DNA of 64,000 bases, taken from contig DF237143.1 of NCBI GenBank assembly GCA_000708835.1, positions 1 to 64,000 of the forward strand. The letters run 5' to 3'. The position numbers were made by a program, and so were the translations under genes. The notes below the pieces were generated by a model that worked only from the letters and a program-made list of their open reading frames with translations, did no database searches and was not told the origin of the DNA. The stretch is from Klebsormidium nitens. Lineage: Eukaryota; Plantae; Klebsormidiophyceae. Below are positions 24,049 to 36,100 of this stretch, piece after piece (the first letter of the stretch is position 1; each line of letters begins with the position of its first letter).

Positions 24049-27000
24049 TTATGCATCTCGACTTGTTGCAAAACGAACAGGCCCGATCTGAAGACAGGTA
24101 CACTTTAGCAAAAGGGACAGGCTCGGTGAGAGCGTAGTTGTGCCAGGTGTCACGGTTTTCCGAGGCCACAGCAGGGTGGCGCAGCTCACCGATGCAAACG
24201 CTTTGAAGACGGCCTTCACCACGTTCTGGGGATGCCGGGACCCAATGATCTGGCAGGCAAGACCAGACGCTGAATCAACGCCTCTCAATCTCCATTATCC
24301 AGATCCTCCTTTAAAGAGGCAGGGATTGCCTGCCTTCGTACAAGCACAGTGAATCAGAAAGGAACCTTGCGCAGGATCACAAACATACCAAAAAAGGTAG
24401 ACGCTCGTCTTCACCAAAGCGTCCCAAGTCTCTAAGCGCACCGACAATCTGTCCTTGGGCAGAAAAAAATTGACGATGCCTACAAGCCGAGCTTGCGGAT
24501 CTCTTTCAAACGAGTGCCGCCTCCAGACTATCCATCCTTATCCTGATTCCGATTTCCGAACTTCGTTTCATAATGATAAGGTGCGTACTCTATGGGCAAG
24601 CTGCACTGAAGCAGCTTGTACTCTTCGCAGCCGTCGGACGGTTTGGATACGGCCTTCGACGACCAAAGCAATCACAACCGGAGCCACAAGTCAACGACAT
24701 GGACCGGGCAAAGAAGCGTTCGCAAAACAGAGCTGACTGCCAGGCCGAATTTGGGGACCGAAATCTGGACGCTTTCTGCTGTACCTCTCTTACTAGAAGC
24801 TTCAAATGCAGGTCAGAGCTTGGTAAAGCTATCGGAATCGGGACTTCTGGGTTATTATATGACTTCGGGAGGCAAGGGGAGTATCTCACCTTGCTCTTCA
24901 GGTTCCGAATGCCGGCCAGGTCCGCAATCCCGCCGAGAATCTTGCTCGCAATGATGTTCGTCCCGTCCTGCGCTGGCCACATGCGCACCTGCCAAGTGCG
25001 AAAAAGAAGTAAACCGTCATTTGCTTGGTGCGGATTGAAAGCATACCCACACAATATATCTCACTTTTGTGAAATGTAATTTTCAACTCTACTTTCTTCG
25101 CTTCTTTGAAAAGTCTATAAAGCGAGTGCCACGTGCTGCGCTTCATGCACAAGTTCGAACCCCCTGCAATCTCCGCACCAACAAATTGTCAAGAAACCGC
25201 AATTCGTGCTTTACGCGGCTTCTATCATGAAAGGGTACGATCGGGACGGGCATGTGGGCACCATCGTGAACCGTCGGCCCATGCCAGGTGGAGCAAACAG
25301 CTGTCAGAGGTGCCTCAGACGATCTCAGCCTGACGATCGACGCAGCACTGACGAGAGTAGTCAGCGCCGTTGAAGCAACCCGGAGGTCGCACAGTCAGGC
25401 TGGAGGATGCTTGAACAACTCACTAAAAACGATGCCACAGTTTTGCAAAATCTCACACCCGACGCGAGAAACGATCCCAAAGATGGCACTCGCGATTCCC
25501 CAGAATGATGGAAAGCTACGCAGTATCTCCTATCTTAGGACCTCGCATGTCCGGCTCGAGCTCAACAGAAACTTTGACCAAATAAAAGGGAGGGTGCGTA
25601 CCTTGGTCTGGCCGTACTTGACCTCTACGGGATGGTAGATGGTGTGCCCTCGGTAGCGCGGCACAAACAGCAGGTTCTTCACAGCACGGTGGTACGCCTG
25701 AGGAACACGACGCATTTCCGCGTCAGCAAAGGTAGCAAAAGCGGAAATGACACCAGCACTGATAGGATCTGGCAATCGCAGCAGAATGAAACCTCCAACG
25801 TCCGGACTCGTCTCAACGCCGGATTCTCGACTCCTTCGCTCCGAGTCCGATCTGCCTGCTCACGACGAGGGCTGACCAAAAGCAGGACCACAGCATCTAT
25901 GTGACTTACTTCAGTCACGACGAACAAGCACGCTGCATATGATCCTTGGCGTACATGTCTCTCATCACCTGAATTCAGATATATCAAAGCCTCAAGCTCC
26001 GACTCCCGAGACATCCAAAACCCAGAGACATAAAATACGAACCTGAAGCTTTCACTTCAAGCAACGGGTTCGACTACCTAACCGAAAAGCTTGTAGCGTG
26101 CAGCATACCTTGTCGACAGCGATCCCTGGCTCGAGCGCCTTGCCAGTACCGAATCCGATGACGCCATCCTGGTTGCCCACCACCACCATCGCTGTCATGC
26201 TCATCACGCGCCCGCCCTGCAAGTCGCGAGTGCGTACATGAGAATGCATATGGGCATGAAACCGTCAACATACAGCATCCTGAACGCACGACTGTGCTTC
26301 GTGGCCTCAAGAGCGAAGCAAACTTCCAGGGACAGCCGGGCTGCTCGAGAGTAGGCACCAGATGACGTCTCTCACGAATTGACGGTCTCAGCAAACCTCA
26401 AACCTCAACCCGAACTTGCAGGATTTATGCAGTCACGGACTGCCCGGTTGAGTGGCTCGAGCGTGACCCCGACGAGGGCCTGGCACAGGAGGCAGACGCA
26501 CCTTGGTAGCTTTGTTGGTCCGGTTGATGTCAATGATCTGCATCTCAAAGGCCTGCACAGAAATGAACGGAACTGGTCACTCCGGTGTCAAAAGCAAGCC
26601 GCTTGCGGGGTGGCATCACAATGGAGACAAGGCAGCGAGTCGTTAAGATTTAACCTTCAAGAAGCCAATCCCAGACACACGCCGGTCAGTCTCTCTACCA
26701 TAGAAACCAGTCCCTGCAAAGCAAAGCAGACAGTGTTCCCCGAGAAAGTGGCAGCAAGTCCACAGGTCAAGAGAGACACAAAACGGAGAGCAGCCAACCA
26801 ACATGTACTCGACTGATCAGATACACACACTCCCTGGAAACACTCAACATTCTCAGATCCCTAACCCTCACAACCCCAGCAAATCCAAATCCCTGAACCC
26901 TTACCCGCTCGACTTGCTCGTCCGGGTCCGCGTCGGGATCCAGGCGCCTCTCCTCCTTCCCTAGCGTCCGCTGGTCCTCCGCCTCCCCCTCCGCTGCCGC

Positions 27001-27327
27001 GGCCCACAGCAGATAGTTGCTCGACAGCGGGTTGTGCATCTCCTTGTACAGGTCCTCGAGCATGCCCTCCTGCTTGCGCCGCGGCGTGTTCACCAGCTCC
27101 CGCATCCACCGCAGCCCTTTCAGCCCGACCTTCGCCATGCCCTCCTCGTCCGCCAGGAGCGCTTCGTCGCCCTCGTCGGTCTTGTACTCGCGCCGCTTGA
27201 CCAGCTTCTTGCCGCGCCGGTTGAGGGTCGGGGCGACAGTGACCGGATCGCCGCTGCGGGTCTCGTAGTGGCGCCGCCAAGCTGCTTGCCAGGGGGGGGG
27301 GAGGGCGGGGCCAAAGGTTCCCTGCAT
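24049..27327 (-). CDS. RPS5: Mitochondrial-type ribosomal protein uS5; exons ~27327-26905, 26537-26502, 26216-26109, 25697-25602, 24988-24890, 24249-24190, 24087-24049; 5' end unresolved
   Basis: The S5 core IIDINRTNKATKGGRVMSMTAMVVVGNQDGVIGFGTGKA...AYHRAVKNL...HTIYHPVEVKYGQTKVRMWPA...LAGIRNLKSKIIGSRHPQNVVKAVFKAF is present, with all junctions in phase 0. The long charged N-terminal extension is typical of plant mitochondrial uS5. Confidence 0.87.
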
Positions 27328-28971
27328 GTGGGGTTGTAAATGCTTGTCAGTGAGCTTGAGACAAGAACAGCCACCGCACAAAAGGGTGGGGGTTTGGTTT
27401 GTGCGTCGTATGCTTTGCGTTGCTCATTCAGTGGCACCCACTGTGAATGATCATATTTTCCCGGGGCAAAAATGGGCAATAAGAAGGACCTCAATCTGCT
27501 CGCTGCAGGCCTCGTAAACGCTCCATATGCAAACGGTCTTCTTCTAGTTGTGTCACGATGTATTCGTAACGCTCACAAAGAGAAAAGCTCACCACTCAAG
27601 CAGGTCCCAATGACCTAGCATTTACCAAGCTTGTATTTCCCCTTGCATGTCCCTCTCTCCAATCCTTCCATCCGTCTAAAGAAACTGGCGCCATCCTTGC
27701 CAAGCTAATTCGAACGCTGTCCACCTTATTCCATGTTCTCAGGACAGCTCAACGTCCTTGCACAACGAGCGGACCAATGGCACCAGGCTTCGGCGAAAAC
27801 AAGCATAAATCTTCAGATCAGAAATCAGAAATCAGATGGCCCTTCACAAGGCAAAAGGCGCAGCGCATTCAGTCAGCTCTGCTCATTGAATAAGCTTTGC
27901 AGATAGAAACGACTGTGTTTATGAGGCCAAAAAAAGGGTCTTGAACCAGGCAACCCACTTTCATAAGGGTGGTACATGACGGCCATTGAGGTACAACAGC
28001 GGCGCCGCTCCTGTGGTGATCCTTCGCATCCCCACTTTTCAATCTGGCCGCTTGCGTCCCCTCATTGTTGCCAAGTAACGCCCCCAACGTGCTCAGACAC
28101 ACCGTTTTCTGAATCAGGTGTCGACCCAACGATGTCCCATTTATTGGGGCAGAGTAAGGACCTTCCCAAATCCCACTTCTGTCCTCGCTACTACAGCTCG
28201 CTTGACCGCCACTCTGTGTCCGCTCCGCGAAGCTACAATGCACTTCACCTATTTCGCTTCCCAGAGAAGAACTTCCCGGATCGTTGGCAATGGTGCGAGA
28301 AAGTATTGACTGCAATGCAACAGCACCACCCTGTGAAACTTTCGATAGACCATCTTGTGCTGGCCCAATGGGCACACGCAGGATCCGCGCACCCTCGATT
28401 ACACGATGCAAAACCATCCCGCCCAAATCACCACTACATCATTCACCACGCAGACTGATGTGCTGCGATGGCCGCTGATCGATTCTGCTTCTCGCTCCTT
28501 TTCTTCGTCGTCAGCAACCGAGACCAGAACTCCTGAACTTGCATCAACTGATCAAGGCAAGCCAAAGTGAGTGAACTGTGAAGATGTTCAGCCTGAGCTG
28601 GAGGAGGCAGCTGAACCGGGTTAGCTCTCTCCAGTAGGAATCTAGACCACCTGGAGGTCGGCGACGACACATACTTTTATTGAAGGAAAGCGGGGAGGAT
28701 CGGTCGCCACGAAATGGGTTTCAGGTGGCAGAGACCCAGCACTGCCAGCAGCTGAACTTCAGCAGAGATATGAGGGCTGGCAAGGCTGCATTGTCAGCAA
28801 TGCTGCAATTCGCAAAGGCGCCCTTGTCTGCTGGATGAATGATTCAACTTGAGCTTCAAAGGCTTGAAGTTAAAGGCGCTGCTCGCTGCTTAGAGGGGGC
28901 TTCTGCACTGGTGTGGCAGAGTTGCAGTCTACAGTCAAACTAGCTTCTAATACAAGTGTGAGCAAGCAAGG

Positions 28972-31693
28972 ATGGTGGACGACGTCGACATTTCTGGGGA
29001 TGGAGGTGTCACAAAGAGAATCCTGAGGAGAGCAAAGGATGGCGCGGCCGGTCCCTCTTCTGCAGAACCTCTAGTAGACGGTAAGACCAGGACTGCACCA
29101 ATTGAGCTGGCAGTATGCGGGCTTCTCATGCTTTGCAGCATTGATGAACAACACCGTTCAATGCTCCTGGCAAGACATACATAATCACAATAAGGACTGG
29201 AAGGATTATAGCATGATAAGGTAGCCTGTTAGAATCAGCTTTGAGGGCTTAATTTGAAGAGATTCTAGAATTGCCGGGGCAATCCACGTATTGCGAGGTT
29301 TGAAGTGATGCAGCTTATGGTAGGTTGTAGTTCTAGGAAGCCTTGCCCTCTGCACCAACGTACATCAGTCTTTGAGCAATGCTGAAGCGATTCTTCGGCG
29401 TCATGCAGTGCAGTACGAAGGAAAGCTCGAAGCAACGGGAGAGGTCTTTGACAGCAGCCGAGAAGACAATACTGTCTTCACATTCGAGGTCGGCCAAGGC
29501 AAGGTGCGATGCAATCCAAGCGAACGCCCACTTACCTTGCTTATCGCATGCCAGAGGTCAGTATTCCAGGATCTCTCTTGAAGCTGATGTCAGGTCCTCC
29601 TGGCTCCTTGCTGGCTGCCCTGATATCTACAGGCCCCGTTCATTCAACTGCATCACTCTGCTTTCTTCCCTTTATGTCTTTCTGGTTGTCTTCTCTCTGG
29701 TCATCCTCAGAGAAGTTGATGTCCAGTTTTCTGATCATATGCGATTCTATCGGTGAGTGCAGGTGATCAAGGCCTGGGATCTGGCTATCCCCACAATGAA
29801 GGTGTGTCTGCCCCCAGCCACCAATTTTGTCTCTCCAATCTGGAGTCCGCAACACTAGAACAATGATGCCAACATCAACCCATGCACGGTGCTTCTAAAA
29901 ACTCAGCCCTTATCTGGATTGAAACACTAGAGGTTCTGCGGTGTGCTCTAAAAATTTCGTTTCTTCTCTGATCACTGGCTTGCTTGGTGGCAATGAGTGC
30001 TTGATCAGTGTGCTGAGTGATTAGCTTCGCTCTCTTCAGATGCCCGAGTACGTTCCCCTTGACCTCAGAATGGTATGGGCAAATGTTCTTGACTCATTCC
30101 TGTTTTAGAATGTTGTGGAAGCACAAACGCTCATATAGAGACGCTTTGGGATCATAACGAAGTTGCTTTTCAACTGGGCCGTAGGTGGGCGAACTGGCTG
30201 CCATAACATGCCGGAGTGACTACGCCTATGGGGACAGCGGCGCTCCACCAGACATCCTGGGTGGGTAAGGAAAGCCAATCCACGTCATTGGGAGTGTCAG
30301 GCAGGGACCGCTCCATCTGCAACCCTGCTTCCTCCTTTGTATGCCTGTCCACTTTCAATCTTTCTGATCTTTTCTTCTCCGCTTTTCCTGATTTGCTTTC
30401 TTTCATCCTTCTTTCTTCATGTCTTCCCACCTCTCTTCCAAATTCTGTATCTTCTCTCCCCTCTCTGCCAGCAGTGCCCCTCTGCCTCGTTCTCGCTTCC
30501 AGCTTTTTTTGAACCTCACTCGACGGTGGCCATACGAGAAAGGCTCGGGCCAAAACTCAAAACAGTGAGGCCGGCAGAAGGCCAACAGGGGTCTTTTGAA
30601 AAGCTGCGCAGACTCCAGCTGCAAAGTGCGGGAAACTGTGAAACACTCCTCCAAGAGCCCTATCTGACAATTTGAGAGGCCTTTTGCGGATATAGAAATG
30701 TAGGCTCAACGAGTCAAGACTGCCGTTTGGGGGCCTTCACGAGCTTTACTTACGATCTCACGTCTGACTGGGCGGATGTTTTCGTTTCAGCGACGTGGAC
30801 AAAACCACAAGCAGCTTCTCGATCGAAAGCACAAAATGAAGGAGCTCACCTTGTTCACCTTTGACGCGCAGGGCCACGCTAGTGTTTGAGGTGGAGCTTG
30901 TGGCGGTGCGGCCACCAAAAGGAGCGTCCGCGGGGAGCCGCACAGAGGAACGGGACAAACTAGAGTGAGGGCCCGTTTCTCTACGTTCCGACCATTTTCA
31001 CATTCTCATCTGTATTGTCAACTTCCTCTCCTCTACCCAGTCTTCCCTCTTGCCTATGTCAAGGTAATTTCAAAACGACGTATACTCAAAAAAGGAGAAG
31101 GGTCCGCGCATCTTCTCGGTAGTGCCGAATAAGGCACTTCTTGTATCCGACTTAAGTGGACTGAATCGTAGAAAAGCACGGTTCTCCGCCCTCGATCATT
31201 CGTCCAAAGAGTTCTTCTTTTCTGACGAGCCTAGGACTATACACGTCGGGCTAGCGACCATTCCTGACTTTCAGAGTTAGTGAGAGTCGTGAAAAAAGTT
31301 TCAGCTCAGGCCGCGCAGATTGGCTTTCAAGAAATGTACTCGCTGCTTTTGACGGTTTTCACAGCCGCATTATCCCGTCTTCAGGACATGAGATTGAACG
31401 CATTGATCCAGTTGTTTATGAACAAAGATCAATTCGAAATGATGAGGCTGCAAGTCACGAGACGCAAAGCATTAAACAATACTTTGTTGATATCCATCGA
31501 ACACGTCAGATAAGCCGCGTCCTGAGGTTTCTGGTCTGGCTTGTTCAGGCAGCTTCGAAAAGAGCGCGAAGCGGCCGCTGCCGCCAAGGACGAAGAGAAG
31601 CGAAAACGAGAGGAGGCCAAGGCGGCTGCTGCAGAACGGATGAAAGCCAAGCTCGAGGGTAAGAAGGGCGGCAAGAAAGGGGGGAAGAAGTAG
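28972..31693 (+). CDS. FKBP20-1: FKBP-type peptidyl-prolyl isomerase, FKBP20-1 type; exons 28972-29080, 29409-29503, 29763-29801, 30185-30264, 30872-30964, 31549-31693
   Basis: Motifs [50 protein letters not shown] and [10 protein letters not shown] are present. The charged tail ends ...[27 protein letters not shown]. Phases are consistent. Confidence 0.94.
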
Positions 31694-33197
31694 TTAGTTG
31701 GAAGAGTAGGATTCAGTAGCGCATCCATATCGTGCCCCGACTGGTGCAGAGCCGGCTGCAGAGCTCGCGATGTCCAGACTTGCTCAGAGCCATCGACGAA
31801 AGAGCATGTGTCGACTCGAAGAGCCGTAATAAGTCGTCTCAGTCAAGCGTCGGAACCAATGCATGTCACTTCCATTCGACCTACAGGTTGCTGTCGAGCC
31901 ATGAGTACTTTCTGTAGTGTTGTGGCCCGGCCGCTGCAATAAATTTGGGCGGCGTTGAATGTGAAATGCAGTAAGTATCCAGTATGCTCCCATTGATCGA
32001 AGACCTATAGCTCTTTGTAGACACTGCGCGGCATCCTAACTTAGCCTTAGTATAGTATATGTCTATAGGTGTCCATATACCTTCGCATGTGATTGTATCA
32101 GCATGGCAAACTTTTATATCCCAGGCCGGCATACTAATGGCCCGGACTGAGGCGCACATGCTCGCGTACTGACTTACAATTAGTGAGTCTGCAGATTTGA
32201 CCAGCTCAATTCGCATCATTATCATTAAGAAGCGCACCATGTGCACTGAGCTATAGATGATCCTTTTGAGAATTGAGTACCGCGGACTATCTTGCATGTG
32301 CAGCGCGTCCGACGCGGCATACAATTATGCACAATTTATGCAATTACATAAGATGGAATGTAAATTCAACACGTTAAGGATCGCATGCAGAGCGCCATCA
32401 ATGGCCCGCACCATGTGCAAGATCCCATGCATATGCCTTCGTTAAACTATGAAATCAGTAAAGCTAGCGGGCCGTGACCGCGTCCGACACCCCACACTGG
32501 CCCCGGGCACTGCCAGAAAATCATGACTGCAACGGTTGAAAATGACAATAAGATTACAGTAGGGAGAGAATCCCTATGTCAATATAGCTTGTCTGTACAT
32601 TACACATCACGTACTGTCGCTTACAATCCAAACCTATCCCTACATTCGTCAGTACGAACGCAAATCAAGAGCCTTCGTATAGGCCGCCTGCGTCTATACG
32701 CGAGTGCATGCTTGCGGGCCTGCCTGCTGATTACTACATGCTCGCACTAACCTATCGAACCCGTTCTTCGTTGGGCTGGCCGTCTACGAAATCTATGATC
32801 CAAATCTTCCACTAGCTACAAGTATCATGCTGTTGCCGCATTGGCCCCTTCTCTGTACAATCGCTGCCAGAGAAGGAGAAGCGCAGTCATCAATCTCTGT
32901 TCGAAAGACAAGTATCTGGGGCAGCAAGACGGACCACCCAGCCTGCTGATATGCAACCTTTAGAGAAACGGAGTCAGAGCAGAACAGACAGAGAATCATG
33001 AAAATCACAATCGACCCCAGTATGACAAGCAAGGTCAAACGACTTGAACTCCGGGACAAGTAGGAAGGAAACTCTGGAAAACCAGGGAGCGTGCCTCAGT
33101 AAGCGTGTAAGGACACCTCAAGGTGTGGACAAAATCTCTAAACCTACCGACTAAGGTATCGACGAAGAGCAGACGAGATTGAACCTCACCTGTAGGA

Positions 33198-36100
33198 TCA
33201 AGTAATGGTAGATCGGTCGAGAGAGTACTTGAGGTACAACTTCTCCTCCACCGCTCGACGGAGCCGCTCGACCACGTGCCACACCTGCAAGGCGCAACGT
33301 GTCATTTATAACACAAAGGAGTTTCCGATGCATGTTCACAGGTCTTTTCATCCCATACACGGTACCTCTCGAAACAAGGCTTCCCTGTGGATGCCCTCCA
33401 AAATCGACAACAATATGATGGCTTGCTGTGTACTACCGCGCCTTCCTGTTTTATCGAAACCGCGGTCGGGAGAAGTTCTCGTCTGTCCAAGATGGGTCTA
33501 CGTCGCGCTTTTTTGAATTGGAAGAAACTACAACCGTGAAAGATAAAGCTCGCTAGATAAAGTAGGCCGACTTTGAACGTCAGAATAAATGTTGGTAACA
33601 TGAGCGAATCCACCCTTGTCAACAAGCATGAAAAGCTGTGGAGCTGCAACCTAGTCCCCAAACCTCTGAAACGAATAAAACCAAGAGAAAAGACAGAAAG
33701 GAGAGGGTAAAAAAGTTCTCGCGAAGAGGAACCCTGACCTCTGCAAACGTGGTATAGAGCGGCGTGAGCCCGATGCGGACGTTGTCCGGCTCTCGAAAGT
33801 CCGGGATGACGTGCAGCTCGTCGATGAGTGCCCGGTTGATGCGCCACCCCTCGGGGTGCTTCAGGCTCACGTGGCTGCCCCGCTGGGCAGGGTCGCGGGG
33901 AGTGCCAACCGAGTACCCCAACGGACTTAACCGCTACATAACGAAGAAGAGTTATGTTCATAGCCGGCCGCTAACTTTCGCTGATAGTGTTTTTCGATCG
34001 AACTAACTGAAAGAGTCACGTGGCTGCCCCGGTGGGCAGGGTCCCGGGAACTGCCCACCGAGTACCCCAACGGGCTCAACCGCTGCTAAAAGGAAGAGTC
34101 CATTCTCTACCATGCCGGCCGCTGATTCCGCCATAAGTCTATACAATTGAAGTGACTGAAAAGGTCACGTGGCAAACCCTCCGGGCAAGGTCTCGAGGGG
34201 TGCCCACCGAGTACCCCAGAGGACTTCAGCGCTACAAAAAGGAAGCTGAGAAGCCAGCCGCTGATTGTGTTACTGAATTTTATCAATGACACTAACTGAA
34301 AAGGGTCACGTGGCTGCCCCGCTGGGCGGGGGCCCGGGCGCGCCCACCGAGAACCCCAAGACTCATCCGCTACTCAATGGGAAATAAGGAAAAGGATCAG
34401 AAATCAAAGCCGGCCGCTCGCTTTGCTAAACCGTACTTAAAGCGAACTGGCTGACAAGAATATGAAAACAACCGGGAGAATGTTTCCGATGAGTAGTAAG
34501 TCCGGTACGCATCCGCTTAAATGAAAATCCGCTACGATTCTGGATGACGTGCTGGTCGCTAAGAAGGCGCTTCTATGAAGCATGCAACTTCGACTGGGTT
34601 TTACTCGCCCAGTGAACGAACATCTTATCTGGATTGTATCCGTAAAAAGCTGCAGTGGCCTCACCTCACGAGCAAGCATAATCAGGCATCCGCTCAACGG
34701 AACTCTGCCCTAATCTTGTCCATGCCCAAAATTTCTTGACCAGACTTTAACCTCTTCTTGGTCAACAGACGACCTCAAGAGGTGGCAAGACAGGAATACC
34801 GTCTGTCCGTGCAACCCCCCGCCTCATGAGCAACCTTGATCAGATACTCGTTCAGCTGCAACGACTTTGCTCTCGGAGCCCCCATGCCCACTACGGTGAC
34901 CAAGTCAACCCCTCAGCGCTCGACAGAGCATCTCAACACGTGGCGATTGGAATTGGATACTCGATCCCGCTGAATATAAAGAAACTCACCTCATCGGCAA
35001 GCTTGATCAGATACTCGCTCAGCTGCAGCGACTTCGCCCTCAGCGCCTCCATGCCCACTTCCTTGATGACGTCAACCCCCGCCTCGACGGCCGCCAGTTG
35101 CAGCAGCGGCGGCGATCCCGCCAGGAAGCGCGCCATGCCTTTGGCGGGAGTGTATGACGTGGCGAAGTCGAAGGGCCGGCTCTGGCCGAACCAGCCCCAG
35201 ATGGGGGACGAGCACTGGTCCTGCGGAACAGGAGGAGATGGTGACGTCAGAAGCAACGTCACTCGAATTGAACATATGAAATCTGGTGAAATGTAGGTGA
35301 CGTCAGAAGTGAAGTCAATGCATTGGTTGAGGCTCGACATGGCAAAGTCGAAGGGCCGGCTCTGGCCGAACCAGCCCCGTATGAGGGATGTGCACTGGTC
35401 CTGCGGAACAGGAGGAGATGGTGACGTCAGAAGTGAAGTGAGTGAGGACAATGAAGAATGATATGTGGATAGGAAGCTTGACGCGGATGGACGAGATGTG
35501 CGACCCGCCCAGATTGGGGACGGCACTGGTCCTGCGGAACAAAAGATGGTGGCGTAAGAAGTAAGTCAATGTCTCTGTGTCGAACATACAAGCCCAATGT
35601 GGGCCAGTTGAAGGGGCGGGCCTAGCCGAACCAGCCCCAGATGTGCCCGTGCACTGGCCTTGCCGAACAGAAAGATGGTGACGTCAGACTTGATCTCATT
35701 GATCTGCCGAGGAACGACACAAATCGTCGTGAGCGGGTTGGAGGGCGGGTGTGGGCAATCGGAGCCCCGACGGACGTGCACTGGTCCCGCGAAGAAAGGA
35801 ATCAGTCCGCAAGATGCACTGTGTCAGGAACATGAACGCCGTGAAAGGCGGGGGTTGCACTCTATGGCTTGAAAACGACAAATCGGGTACGCTTACGAAT
35901 CAAATTCAGAGGGCTAATACGACGAAGTCTATAGCCGTCCAGGTGGCGGACGTACAGAGAGGCTGCGCGAGGGGATGCTTACGAGGGGACGATTGCAAGG
36001 TGGCTTCGGAAACATGACTGGGGGGGAGTTGATCGCGGGGTCGCAAACAGAGCATCGGGCAAACGCGTGTCACCCGTCACGATCAGAGCTGCACGGGGGC

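Noticed and set aside
27869-28672. Extra 5' exons of mitochondrial uS5 (ORFs 27869-28426 and 28443-28670)
   Set aside because: The location is plausible, but I could not build a phase-consistent ATG-to-exon chain, so it is left unresolved.
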